From assembly GCA_965226055.1 (NCBI GenBank), contig CBDDCA010000006.1, forward strand, positions 800,001 to 864,000: DNA of 64,000 nucleotides, in the 5' to 3' direction. A program made the position numbers and the translations under genes. This document shows positions 40,439 through 52,095 of the stretch, in pieces (the stretch's first letter is position 1; every line of letters begins with the position of its first letter). The stretch is from Spirochaetia bacterium (GTDB lineage: Bacteria; Spirochaetota; Spirochaetia; WTKD01; G963693115). The notes under the pieces are model-generated. The model searched no databases. It was not told the DNA's origin and worked only from the letters and a program-made list of their open reading frames with translations.

Positions 40439-41728
40439 CTATAGCCATTTTTTTATTGATTGTGATAGTATGCTAAATGCTTTTTGTATTGTGTGAGGAC
40501 TACATAGGAAGGACGGAGCTAGCCTAAGTCCATGTGTACCAGTACGTAAAATAAGGAGTCCTTTTTCTTGACATTCCGAAATTATTGAGGTGATAGTGGT
40601 ATTTATTGCGTTCTTGTTTGTATCGGCTTCTGAAAAATGTATACCGCGTAAATGTCCTTTTCCTAAGGGATGTATATGTGTATATGTATTACAGAGTATT
40701 GTAATGTTTTTTTCTAAGGATTGTGCTGATATATGTCGTTTGTTTTGTATGTGTTTTTGTTGTAGTAATGACAATACTGTCAGTCCACAGGAGGCAGTCA
40801 AGGGGTTTCCTCCTAATGTAGTGCCATGATCTCCTGCTTGTAGTATATGTTGAATCTTTTGAGAATAAATGACTGCGCCTCCTGCAGTTCCTCCTCCTAA
40901 TGCTTTTGCAAGAGTAATGATGTCTGGTTGTAATGGTAAAAGCGATGATGCGAAAAAGTTTCCGCAACGGTACAGTCCAGTTTGTACTTCATCAGCAATA
41001 ATAAAGAATGAATATTTTTTTGCTAATGCTTGTAAGCATGTTGCTGTTTCTTGTGTGAGAGCTTCTAAGCCTCCTTCTCCTTGTATTGGTTCAAATATCA
41101 CTGCTGCAGTTTGGTCTGTGACTGCTTGCTGTAAACTTGTACAGTCATTATAGGGGACAATGGAGCAGTGTGGGAGGAGTGGCTCAAAGGGGCTGCGGTA
41201 TTTTTCTTGTCCTGTTACTGATAATGCTCCCATAGTTCTTCCGTGAAAGGAGTTCTTAAATGCTACGAAATGCGTTTTGTGTTTCATATTGTTGCGATAA
41301 AAGTACAGTCGTGTAAACTTTAGTGCAGCTTCGTTTGCTTCGGTACCACTGTTACATAAAAAGCTTGCTGCAAAATGTGTGGTATCATGATGGGAGTTTT
41401 CTGCTGTAGCTTCTCCATGAGAAACGGTGTGAGTACGATGAAACTCATTATTTGCGGTATCAACAAGTTGTTTGCATAGCTCAATACTTGCAGGGTATGT
41501 GTACAGATTAGATTGATGAAGTACCTTTTTTGCTTGTTTCGTGATATTTCTAATAACTGCAGGATGGCTATGTCCTAATGCATGTACTGCAATGCCTCCA
41601 GTAAAGTCAATGTATTTGTTTCCATGTATGTCCCAAACATAATCTCCTTTTGCTTTTTTTATTATGAGCTGAGGATTATAGCTATGAGTGAGTTGTGGAT
41701 ATGTAGTAAGTATAGTGTTATGAGTCAT
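40439..41728 (-). CDS. argD: Acetylornithine aminotransferase
   Basis: DFTGGIAV.ALGH, NSGTEANEAA, FHGRT, EPIQGEGG, DEVQTG, AKALGGG, HGTT. Confidence 0.9.
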   Translation of the reverse strand: MTHNTILTTYPQLTHSYNPQLIIKKAKGDYVWDIHGNKYIDFTGGIAVHALGHSHPAVIRNITKQAKKVLHQSNLYTYPASIELCKQLVDTANNEFHRTHTVSHGEATAENSHHDTTHFAASFLCNSGTEANEAALKFTRLYFYRNNMKHKTHFVAFKNSFHGRTMGALSVTGQEKYRSPFEPLLPHCSIVPYNDCTSLQQAVTDQTAAVIFEPIQGEGGLEALTQETATCLQALAKKYSFFIIADEVQTGLYRCGNFFASSLLPLQPDIITLAKALGGGTAGGAVIYSQKIQHILQAGDHGTTLGGNPLTASCGLTVLSLLQQKHIQNKRHISAQSLEKNITILCNTYTHIHPLGKGHLRGIHFSEADTNKNAINTTITSIISECQEKGLLILRTGTHGLRLAPSFLCSPHTIQKAFSILSQSIKKWL

Positions 41729-42506
41729 AAATACGAGTTCCTTTTTTATGTTCTATAATACGAGTAATATCGTTTTTTTGTGTGTAGTTGCTAATAAGTA
41801 CTTGTGTGCTGTGTTTATGTGCTACTTGTAATGCCATAGTTACTTTTTTTCGCATGCCAGAATGGATAGTGCCTGATTCAATAAGTGATATTCCTGTTTT
41901 TGTATCAAGTTCTTGTAGTATGCTTGCATCTTCTTGTATAATCCCTTCTGTATCCGAGAGAAACAAGAGTGTATGCGTGGTGTATGCTAATGCTATGGCT
42001 ACAGCAAGTTCATCTGCATTGATGTTGAGCAATGTTCCCTCTTTACTACACGCTACAGAGTTAACAACAGGGACAAAGTGAGCATCTAAGAGAGCAGTGA
42101 GCATGGTAGTGTTACAAGAGGATATTGTTCCAGTACAGTTGCTATTTGATCTGCTTGTTTTGTATAACTGCTTTGCCTCTACCATGTGCCCATCGCTTGC
42201 ACTTATTCCAACGGCTGATATTCCTGCTTTGTGGCACTCTGCTACAAGATGACAACGTATTTGTCCTGCTAGTATACGCTGTGCAGCAATCATTTCGGGA
42301 GGGCTTGTTATTCTATGTCCTTCTTTATCGAATGTCGGCTGTATGCCTATGCTCTTACTGTATTCGCTAAGTAAGGTGCCTCCTCCATGTATGATGATAT
42401 ATCTATAGCTATTGTGTGTACAAAATGCGTTTATCTCTTGCAATAACTGAGGGAGGAGAGGACTTTCTATAACTTTTCCGCTTAATTTTACTAAAAATAA
42501 TTTCAT
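41718..42506 (-). CDS. argB: Acetylglutamate kinase
   Basis: VKLSG, IHGGG, GHRIT, NINAD, GM..KV; coupled to argD. Confidence 0.85.
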   Translation of the reverse strand: MKLFLVKLSGKVIESPLLPQLLQEINAFCTHNSYRYIIIHGGGTLLSEYSKSIGIQPTFDKEGHRITSPPEMIAAQRILAGQIRCHLVAECHKAGISAVGISASDGHMVEAKQLYKTSRSNSNCTGTISSCNTTMLTALLDAHFVPVVNSVACSKEGTLLNINADELAVAIALAYTTHTLLFLSDTEGIIQEDASILQELDTKTGISLIESGTIHSGMRKKVTMALQVAHKHSTQVLISNYTQKNDITRIIEHKKGTRIYDS

Positions 42507-42562
42507 TCTATTACAACTATAAAATATATTTGTAAATAAAGATAGTGCAATACGAGTTCAAG

Positions 42563-43383
42563 CACGAGTTCAAGGATTAAATGCGACAAAGGAGCAAAAA
42601 AAGAGCAAGCAAAAATAAAAAAAAGGAATGCACTCTATAATTGTATAAACGAAACAAATTAGGAGACATCCTTTATGGGTATACCATAAAACTCATTTTA
42701 TCATCTGACAGACAAATATCGTACTATTATCGCTACGCTCCGTCATGCAAAGTACAGTATCAATGCTATAGCAATACGCCTCATTTGACACAGTATCTGA
42801 GAAAACAACACACAACACGCAAAAAAAGAACCATATCTCGTTCTTTCTCCGCTTCTCGTATCCCTCATCGTGTCTCAGTACACGAAAGAGGCGATGTTTC
42901 ACACGAATATGGCCATTGGGAGTGGATTTTGTTGGCTCTTCTTCAAAAGCTACTGTGCTTGCTTTAGTGGAAACACATACTCGTTATGTTCTCTTTCATA
43001 AGATACCTGACAAAACACTGCTCATACCGTACAGTATGGCATGCTCTTTGCTCTGAGGAATATACCACGCCATTTATGTAACAGTTTCACTTATGATAAT
43101 GGCAATGAATTTATGCTCTATACCGAAATAAATACACGCCTGAATGCTCGTTCTTATTTTTGTCTCCTTACTGTGCTGTATATTGTATTATAAGAAAAAG
43201 GATGAGTTGAACACTCTATTGGATTATTATGTCACTACTTTCCTAAGAAGATGTTGTTTCACAGAGTCAAGCAAAGTGATATACTACAAGTATAAATGCT
43301 TATCGATCATAGACCACGAAAATGTCTTCATTTTTTGAACCCTGCTGAAGCCTTTGCTGTTGCATTTAGTCCTTGAACTCGTG
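42563..43383 (+). mobile_element. Decayed IS30-family insertion sequence with 26-bp terminal inverted repeats
   Basis: TIRs CACGAGTTCAAGGATTAAATGCGACA (42563-42588) and TGTTGCATTTAGTCCTTGAACTCGTG (43358-43383) match 24/26 as inverted repeats; enclose transposase fragments. Confidence 0.88.
42675..43376 (+). pseudogene. IS30-family transposase pseudogene (frameshifted, internally deleted)
   Basis: Fragments in shifting frames: FYHLTDKYRTII...YSINAIA, YGHWE, LVETHTRY, SFTYDNGNEF, RPRKCLHFLNPAEAFAVAFSP*. Confidence 0.85.
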
Positions 43384-43401
43384 GTGATTGCAGAAACAGT
43401 A

Positions 43402-43430
43402 TTGTAATATTATGTAATATAGTTTATTAT
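43402..43430 (+). promoter_or_regulatory. Candidate sigma70 promoter of the giant surface protein gene
   Basis: TTGTAA-N17-TATTAT; AAGGAG RBS at 43463-43468 before ATG 43475. Confidence 0.45.
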
Positions 43431-43474
43431 ATACAATATTGAATATTTTTGAAAAAAAAAGTAAGGAGATACAT

Positions 43475-46400
43475 ATGAGAAAAAATAATTTGTTTATACA
43501 TAGCAATCTGTATATATGGGGGGGGGGGGGGTAATGCTACTATTGATACTAGTACTACTACTATTGGGCTGTGAAGCTCCAGGAGGGGGCTCTGGTGGAG
43601 GATCTTCTCCTGCTCCAGGAGGGGGAGGAGGAAAGGTACAACCTAGCTCAAAAGAACAATTATTACAGCTTATCTCTGAGCGGTTAAGTAAAGACAAGGC
43701 AGCAGACTTAAACGATATAGATGTAAGTAAGGTTTCTGATATGAGTAATTTGTTTGTGCAGTTTCCTACCTTTAGTGGCAATGTGTCGGAGTGGGATGTA
43801 AGCCATGTAACAAATATGAGTGGTATGTTTGAAGGAGTGACAGGGTTTCGTGGAGGGATATCAAGGTGGGATGTAAGCAAAGTAACAAACATGAATACTA
43901 TGTTTAAGGGAGCGACCAAATTTAATGGGGATATATCAGGCTGGGATGTAAGTAATGTAAAACAGATTAACAGCATGTTTGAAGGAACAGCTGCTTTCAC
44001 TCAGGATCTGAAGCAATGGGCAGTAGCACCTGCGGTAAGTAAAGTGAGTAAAGATGTATTTAAGAATTCGGGGGTTACTGAGGATCCCAGATGGTTGACA
44101 TTAGAGGTGCTGTTAGAGCCAAAGGTAGTAGTAGCAATAGTAGGACGGGCAGTGAATGTGTCTATCACTCGGTGGCCAGTAACAACAACAGGAACATTTG
44201 CATTACTCCCAGTGTTAGTAGGGAGAGATGTACTTCCAACAGGGATGAATTTTGATGGCACGACAGGGACAATAACAGCAAATGCAGGAGACCTTAAGAC
44301 GATAACAAAGGGAAGTCCTCACAGGTTTACTGTTACTTTTAATGGGACAGGAGAATTTGATAAAGCAGTAAATAAAAATGTGCAAGCAGCTGTATCGGTA
44401 TCAGTGAAGGATTATTCGACACAACCTAAGACAAAAGCAGAGCTGATAGCACTCATAAAAGTGATAGTAGATGCGGATGGGAATGGGATTATTGATAATG
44501 CTACAGCAGATCTCAATAGCATTGATGTCAGTGCTATTACGGATATGAGTGGTATATTTAATGATAGTATGTTGAAACATTTTACTGGAGATATATCGGG
44601 CTGGGATGTCAGTAATGTGAAATATATGAATGAGATGTTTCGAGGATCAAAGTTTACTGGAAATATATCAGGCTGGGATGTAAGTAATGTGAGAGAAATG
44701 AATAGTATGTTTCGTGACTCACAATTTACTGGGGACATATCAAGTTGGGTTGTCAGTAATGTAAGAGAAATGAATAATATGTTTCGTGGATCGCGATTTA
44801 ATGGAAATATATCAAATTGGGATGTAAAGAAAGTTACCACTATGGATGGTATGTTTGAAGGAGCAACTGCCTTTAATCAGGATATATCAGGCTGGGCAGT
44901 TGATGCGGTAACTACTATGGAGAATATGTTTAATTCAACAAAAGCATTTGATCAAGATTTGGAAGCATGGGGAGAGCATATAGCAGGAAGGACAGTAGAT
45001 AAAACAGATATATTTGATAGCTCTAGTGTGTCTGATGAAAAGATACCTACATGGGCATATGTGTTTGATGTAGTATATCAAGAAGCAAGAATAAACGATA
45101 TTACTGTGTTGCAATATCAAAACATAGTAGTGAGGATTAAAAAGCAATTTCCATCACATGCGACAGGACAATATAGTATAGCACCCAATACACTTAGTGC
45201 AGATACAGGATTATCATTTGATGCACAAAAGGGAATAATAAAAGGAATAGCAACGCAAGAAGTAGCAAAAAAAGCATATACAATTACTTTTACTGGAGAC
45301 GCTAAGTTTCAAGGCAAGAGTCTTGTTATTCCATTTTCATTAGAGGTAAAGTCAAATCAAGGGAAATATGCGTATTTTCCTAATAACAAAACAGAATTGA
45401 TAGCAGCAATAAAAAAGGTAATGGATATAAACGGTGATGGGACGCCAGATGATAACAGTGCTGATTTGAATGTCATCTATACGGGGAATATCACGGATAT
45501 GAGTAGGATATTTAATGAGAGTGCCTTGAGAAATTTTAATGGGGATATATCGGGCTGGGATGTAAGTAATGTTACTACTATGGGATCTATGTTTTATAAA
45601 TCGAAATTTAATGAGGATATATCAAAATGGGATGTAAGTAATGTTACTTATATGGGATCTATGTTTCGTGGTTCGTCATTTAATGGGGATATATCGGGCT
45701 GGGATGTAAGTAATGTTACTAATATGGCAATAATGTTTGCCTATGCACCATTTAATGGGGATATATCAAAATGGGATGTAAGTAATGTTACTACTATGTA
45801 CTTTATGTTTGCCTATGCGCAATTTAATGGGGATATATCGGGCTGGGATGTAAGTAATGTTACTAATATGGAAGCAATGTTTATTGAAACGCCATTTACT
45901 GGAGACATATCAAGATGGGATGTAAGTAGTGTTGGTAATATGAAACATATGTTTTGGGATTCGTCATTTAATGGGGATATATCGGGCTGGGATGTAAGTA
46001 ATGTTACTACTATGCGGACAATGTTTTATCAATCAAAAGTCTTTAATCAGAATATATCAGGGTGGAATGTTGAGAAAGTCACTACTATGTATAAAATGTT
46101 TAATGGTGCAACATCGTTTGATCAAGATTTAGAAGCATGGGGAGAGCATATACCAGAGATAACAGAATCAGGAAAACCACTGGATATAACAGGTATATTT
46201 TCTCATTTGCCTGATGAAAAAATTCCATCATGGGTATATACTCTTGTGTACAAAGATACAGGCGTTACAGTAAATAAGAAAGTGTTCACTACGAGTGATA
46301 AAAATATTGTTTTGTCTATTGACAAAACACCAAAAGCAGCAACAGGAACTTATAGTGTAGTACCCACTACATTTACTACAGATACAGGATTGACATTTGA

Positions 46401-49400
46401 TACAGCAACTGGAGAGATAAGTGGTTCTCCTACGGTAGCATTGGCTACAAAAGAGTATACCATAACATTTACAGGAAATGGAGGGTATGTTGGCAGGAAA
46501 AAAAGTACCCCTCTCACTCTCACGATACAGGATGTGAGTGCTTATACTTATACCCCTAAAACAAATGCAGCTTTGATAGCAGATATAAAAACGGTGATGG
46601 CAGCAGATGCTGATGGAGATGGTAACCCTGATGGGAATACAGCAGACTTGAATGTCATATATACAGGGTATATAACAGATATGAGTGGGATATTTAATGA
46701 GAGTGCCTTGAGAAATTTTAATGGGGATATATCGGGCTGGGATGTAAGTAATGTAACTACGATGGACAGTATGTTTGAAGAATCGAAGTTTACAGGAGAA
46801 AATGGAGACATAACAAGTTGGGATGTAGGGAACATAACAGATATGAATGATATGTTTAAGAAGTCGTCATATGCAGGGGATATAAGTACATGGGATGTAA
46901 GGAATGTCACAACTATGAACGAGATGTTTCGAGAAACAGCGTATAACAATGATATAACTCTATGGGATGTTCGAAATGTTGCAGATATGGAATTAATGTT
47001 TTATAAGAACACAGCATTTGATAAGGACATATCCTATTGGAATGTAAGCAAGGTAGCTACTATGAAACAGATGTTCAGTGAAACAGGAGCATTTAATCAA
47101 GATATATCAAGCTGGGCAGTTGATGTTGTGACTACTATGGAGTCAATGTTTCAAGGGGCAACAGCCTTTGATAAGGATTTAGAAGCATGGGGAGAACATA
47201 TAGCAGAAAGAACAGTAAATACTGATAAAATATTCAATACCGCAGATAATAGTGGAGTGATACTCTCTGATAAAAACATACCTACATGGCTCTACGATTT
47301 TGTGCTTACAGTTGGAGGAACCGAAAGCAGTACTATAAGTGGGTTTGTAGGCAAAGCCATAGAAGCAGATGGTGCAATAACAGTAAGTAAGAAATTGCCT
47401 ACTACGGCAGTGGGGAGTTATACTATCTCTCCGAGCATAACAGATATAGGGCTTAGCTTAGATGCAAGTACAGGAGCGATAAGTGGGAGTCCAACAAAAG
47501 TACAAAGTACAAAAAGCTATACACTGCTCTTTAGTGGAACAGGAGACTATGCAAGCAAAAGCTATGAGATACCATTTATCATGACAGTAGCAGCAGGAAA
47601 GTATAGTTACTCTCCTACCAATAAAGAAGAGTTAATAGCAGCGATAAAGGATGTGATGGATACCAATGATGATGGGAGTCCTAATGATAACAGTGCCGAT
47701 TTGAATGTCATCTATACGGGGAATATCACGGATATGTATAAGTTATTTAGTAGTTATGGTGATTTGGAAAATTTTAATGGAGATATATCGCAATGGGATG
47801 TAAGTAATGTTACCACCATGCGATCTATGTTTTATCAATCGAAATTTAATGGAGATATATCAGGCTGGGATGTAAGTAATGTTACCACTATGCGAACAAT
47901 GTTTTATCAATCGAAATTTAATGGGGATATATCAGCTTGGGATGTAAGTAATGTTACTTTTATGCACTATATGTTTTCCTATGCACCATTTAATGAAGAT
48001 ATATCGAAATGGGATGTAAGTAATGTTACTGATATGGAAGCAATGTTTACTGAAACGCCATTTACTGGAGACATATCAGAATGGGATGTAAGTAGTGTTG
48101 GTAATATGAAATATATGTTTTGGGGATCATCATTTAATGGAGATATATCAAAGTGGAAGGTAAGTAATGTTACAAACATGTACGCCATGTTTTATCAATC
48201 GAAATTTAATGGAGATATAGCAGGGTGGGCAGTTGATAGTGTAACTACCATAAAAGACATGTTTCGCAAAGCAGCAGCGTTTGATCAAGATTTAGAAGCA
48301 TGGGGAGAACATATAGAAGGAAGAACAGTGGATAAGGGAAATATATTTACCGGTGCTAATGTTTCTGATGAAAATATACCGAGCTGGATATATAGCATAT
48401 CACAGAGATATGGAGGCAATGTTGCTTCATTATTTACTATGGTAAAAGGGCAACAGAACATTAGTATTCCATTGACTAATACTGGAGTGAGTACATTTAA
48501 TGCGACAGGGGACTATAGTATACTGCCAAGTACCTTTACTGCAGACACAGGCTTGACATTTAGTGCAGTGAATGGAACAATAAGCGGAAGTCCTACAAAA
48601 GCACTTGCGCTGAGAAAATATATAATTGTGTTTACAGGGACTGGTGATTATGCAGGAAAAAGGCGTACAAAAGAGTTTACCATACACATATATGACGGCA
48701 GTGGTACATATACATACTACCCAAAAACAAAGAGTGCTTTGATAGCAAATATAAAAACGGTGATGGCAGCAGATGCTGATGGGGATGGTAACCCTGATGG
48801 GAACACAGCAGACTTGAATGGAATATATACAGGATACATAAGAGATATGCGTGAGGTATTTTATGACAGTACTTTGAAAAGTTTTAATGGGGATATATCG
48901 GGCTGGGATGTAAGTAATGTGAGAAATATGCGAAATATGTTTAAGGAGAGTCGATTTACTGGAGATATATCAGGCTGGGATGTAAGCAATGTGAGATATA
49001 TGCAAGGTATGTTTTATAAATCGCAGTTTACTGGAGATATATCGGGCTGGGATGTAAGTGATGTAGAACAGATGTACTGGATGTTCCGTGAATCGCAATT
49101 TAATGGGGATATATCAGGCTGGGATGTAAGTAGTGTTGGTAATATGGAACATATGTTTTATAAATCGAAATTTAATGGGGATATATCAAACTGGAAGGTA
49201 AGTAATGTTACTGATATGGAAGCAATGTTTTATGATTCGCCATTTACTAAAGATATATCGGGTTGGGATGTCGGTAATGTTACTACTATGTACTTTATGT
49301 TTGCTTATGCGCAATTTAATGGGGATATATCAAGGTGGAATGTAAAGAAAGTTACCAATACGGATTATATGTTTAACGGAGCAACAGAGTTTAATCAAGA

Positions 49401-50898
49401 TATATCGGGCTGGGCAGTTGATGCAGTAACTACTATGGAATATATGTTTAACGGAGCAACAGAGTTTAATCAAGATTTAGAAGCATGGGGAGAGCATGTA
49501 GCAGGAAGGAAAATAAACATACCAGGTATATTTGATAGGACTAAGATACCTAATGATAAAATACCAAGCTGGACATATCAATATCGACCTACGAATAAAG
49601 CAGAATTGATAAAAGCAATAAGGCAGATGATATCTACTAATAATAGAGCAGATTTGAATGTCATATACACAGGAAATATTAGAGATATGAGTAAGGTATT
49701 TAATGATCGTTTTCTGAGAAAATTTAATGGGAATATAGCAAGATGGGATGTGAGTAATGTTACCGATATGAATCGTATGTTTTGGGGTACGTCATTTAAT
49801 GGAGATATATCGGGCTGGAAGGTAGATAAAGTAGAAGATATGGAAAGTATGTTTAGTACATCATCATTTAACGGAGATATATCGGGGTGGAAGGTAGATA
49901 AAGTGAAAAATATGAGAGGTATGTTTTATAAATCGAAATTTAATGGGGATATATCAAATTGGAATGTGAGTAATGTTACCGATATGGGAGGTATGTTTCA
50001 TGCATCATCATTTAACGGAGATATATCGAGGTGGGATGTGAGTAATGTTACCGATATGAGTAGTATGTTTCATACATCATCATTTAGGGGAGATATATCG
50101 GGGTGGGATGTGAGTAATGTTACCGATATGAGTAATATGTTTATTAATACATCATTTAAGGGGAATATATCAAAATGGAAGGTAGATAATGTGAAATTTA
50201 TGTACAATATGTTTCGTAATTCAAGATTTAATGGAGATATATCAGACTGGAAGGTAGGGAATGTGACAAGTATGAAAGGTATGTTTCATGAATCGAGTTT
50301 TAATAAGGATATATCAAACTGGGATGTCAGTAATGTTACCACTATGCGATCTATGTTTTATATATCGAAATTTAATGGGGATATATCAAGGTGGGATGTG
50401 AGTAATGTTACCGATATGGCATATATGTTTCAACAATCAAAATTTACTGGAGATATAAAAGACTGGAAGGTAGGGAAAGTGACAGATATGAGCTATATGT
50501 TTGCAAGCACAGATGGTTTTAATAGTCGTATAGGAGGCTGGGATGTCAGTAATGTTACGAATATGGAACATATGTTTTCATCCTATGGGTTACGCTATGC
50601 TCGCCCATTTAGTGCGAATATATCAGGCTGGAATGTAAGTAAGGTTAAAAATATGAAAAATATGTTTTGGGACAATCATGCGTTTAATAGGGATATATCA
50701 GGCTGGGATGTCAGCAGTCTTACTAATATGTTTCATATGTTTAATGGTGCAACAGCATTTGATAGAGATATCTATGAATGGAAAGAACATTTTGGATCAA
50801 AAAAGGTTAATGCGATAAATGCATTTGCTGGTACTGCTATAAGACATAAGACACCAGATTGGGCAGGAGGAACCTATACAGGACCATCTTCTAAATAG
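43475..50898 (+). CDS. Giant DUF285/BspA-type repeat surface lipoprotein with Ig-like spacers; natural start out of frame at a poly-G tract (long ORF 43516-50898)
   Basis: LLLLGC lipobox; seven blocks of ~24-25-aa FNGDISGWDVSNVTxMxxMF repeats separated by five TGLxFD..TG.ISG.PT (He_PIG-like) domains; RBS-preceded ATG at 43475. Confidence 0.85.
43518..43531 (+). repeat. G14 homopolymer within the signal-peptide coding region
   Basis: 14 consecutive G read directly. Confidence 0.9.
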
Positions 50899-50923
50899 AA
50901 CATAAGTATACTCTTGGATATGG

Positions 50924-50957
50924 AGGAGCTATTGTCTTATGTGAGATAATAGCTCCT
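50924..50957 (+). terminator. Hairpin terminator after the giant surface protein gene
   Basis: AGGAGCTATTGTCT pairs with AGATAATAGCTCCT (one G-U pair), followed by a T-rich tract. Confidence 0.65.
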
Positions 50958-50992
50958 TATTATTTTTGTCTTCTGCTCTGAAGTTGAATTTT

Positions 50993-51019
50993 TGTTGACA
51001 TTTAGTCCTTGAATTTGTA
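50993..51019 (+). mobile_element. Degenerate solo IS30 end
   Basis: TGTTG(A)CATTTAGTCCTTGAATTTGTA aligns to the right TIR at 43358-43383 with one insertion. Confidence 0.7.
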
Positions 51020-51046
51020 GTGTATCAATGATATACTAACATTAAT

Positions 51047-52090
51047 ATGAAATATAAACAAATTGGCACATCAAATTTGCAAGTAAGTGAAATATGCCTC
51101 GGTACCATGACATGGGGATATCAGAATACCGAAAAAGAGGCATTTGAGCAATTAGATTATGCTGTAGCAAACGGTGTAAATTTTATAGATACTGCCGAAT
51201 TATATGCAGTACCTCCAAGCAGAGAAACATATGGAGCAACAGAACAATATATTGGAAATTATTTTAAGAAACACCCTACAAAAAGAAAGGATATTATTGT
51301 TGCAACAAAAATAGCGGGGCCGGGCATAAAGTATATTAGAAATGGTGAAGGCTTTACCCCTAATGGTATTGTGAAAGCATTAGAGGATAGTCTCTCACGT
51401 TTGCAGATGGATTATGTTGATATATATCAACTTCATTGGTCACAAAGGATGACTCCGCGTTTTGGAATACGCGATTATAATGAGACATGGCTTAAGAAGG
51501 ATGATGCATTAGAAGAGACACTTGGGGTACTGGGCAAACTTGTTACAGAAGGAAAAATTCGTGAAATAGGATTGTCTAATGAACACAGTTGGGGAGTTAT
51601 GCATTGTCTTCGATTACACGAAAGAGATTCTCAAATACCGCGTATACAAAGTGTACAGAATGTATATAATCTTATTACGCGCAGTATTGATAGTAATTTA
51701 TCCGAAGTATTTATGCGTGAAAATGTTAGCTTATTGCCATACTCTCCGCTTGCTGGAGGATTGTTAAGTGGTAAATATGAGGGAGGAAAACGTCCTGAAG
51801 GAGCTCGTTTCACTACTTGGGGCAACCAGTCTATGCCACGATATATAAATACACAAGCAGCAAGTGCTATTACTCGTTATATTGAGCTTGCAAAAAAACA
51901 TGCTATTAGTCCTACAACAATGGCACTGAGCTTTGTAAATAAAAGAAAGTATGTGGCAAGTAATATTATTGGGGCAACAGATATGCAGCAGTTACAGGAA
52001 AATATTGCTTCGGCTGATGTACAGCTTAGTAGTACACTGCTACAGGAAATAGAAAAGATTCATGGAGAGATTCCTAACCCTTCTTTGTAG
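51047..52090 (+). CDS. Aldo/keto reductase (Tas-like)
   Basis: ICLGTMTWG, NFIDTAELY, ATKIAG, YQLHW, GLSNE, YSPLAGG, IIGAT. Confidence 0.92.
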   Translation: MKYKQIGTSNLQVSEICLGTMTWGYQNTEKEAFEQLDYAVANGVNFIDTAELYAVPPSRETYGATEQYIGNYFKKHPTKRKDIIVATKIAGPGIKYIRNGEGFTPNGIVKALEDSLSRLQMDYVDIYQLHWSQRMTPRFGIRDYNETWLKKDDALEETLGVLGKLVTEGKIREIGLSNEHSWGVMHCLRLHERDSQIPRIQSVQNVYNLITRSIDSNLSEVFMRENVSLLPYSPLAGGLLSGKYEGGKRPEGARFTTWGNQSMPRYINTQAASAITRYIELAKKHAISPTTMALSFVNKRKYVASNIIGATDMQQLQENIASADVQLSSTLLQEIEKIHGEIPNPSL

Positions 52091-52095
52091 AGTAT

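Noticed and set aside
42641-43338. Short ORFs 42641-42967, 42693-42902 and 43144-43338 as real genes
   Set aside because: They are pieces or antisense shadows of the decayed IS30 transposase
44580-50720. Constant-plus-variable ~72-bp periodicity as a CRISPR array or DGR
   Set aside because: Units keep an open frame encoding DUF285 repeats; no cas genes or reverse transcriptase; variation is not evidently adenine-restricted
43358-51019. Giant surface gene as cargo of a composite transposon
   Set aside because: The right-hand flank is only a degenerate 27-bp end and no target duplication is visible; mobilisation cannot be supported from this sequence
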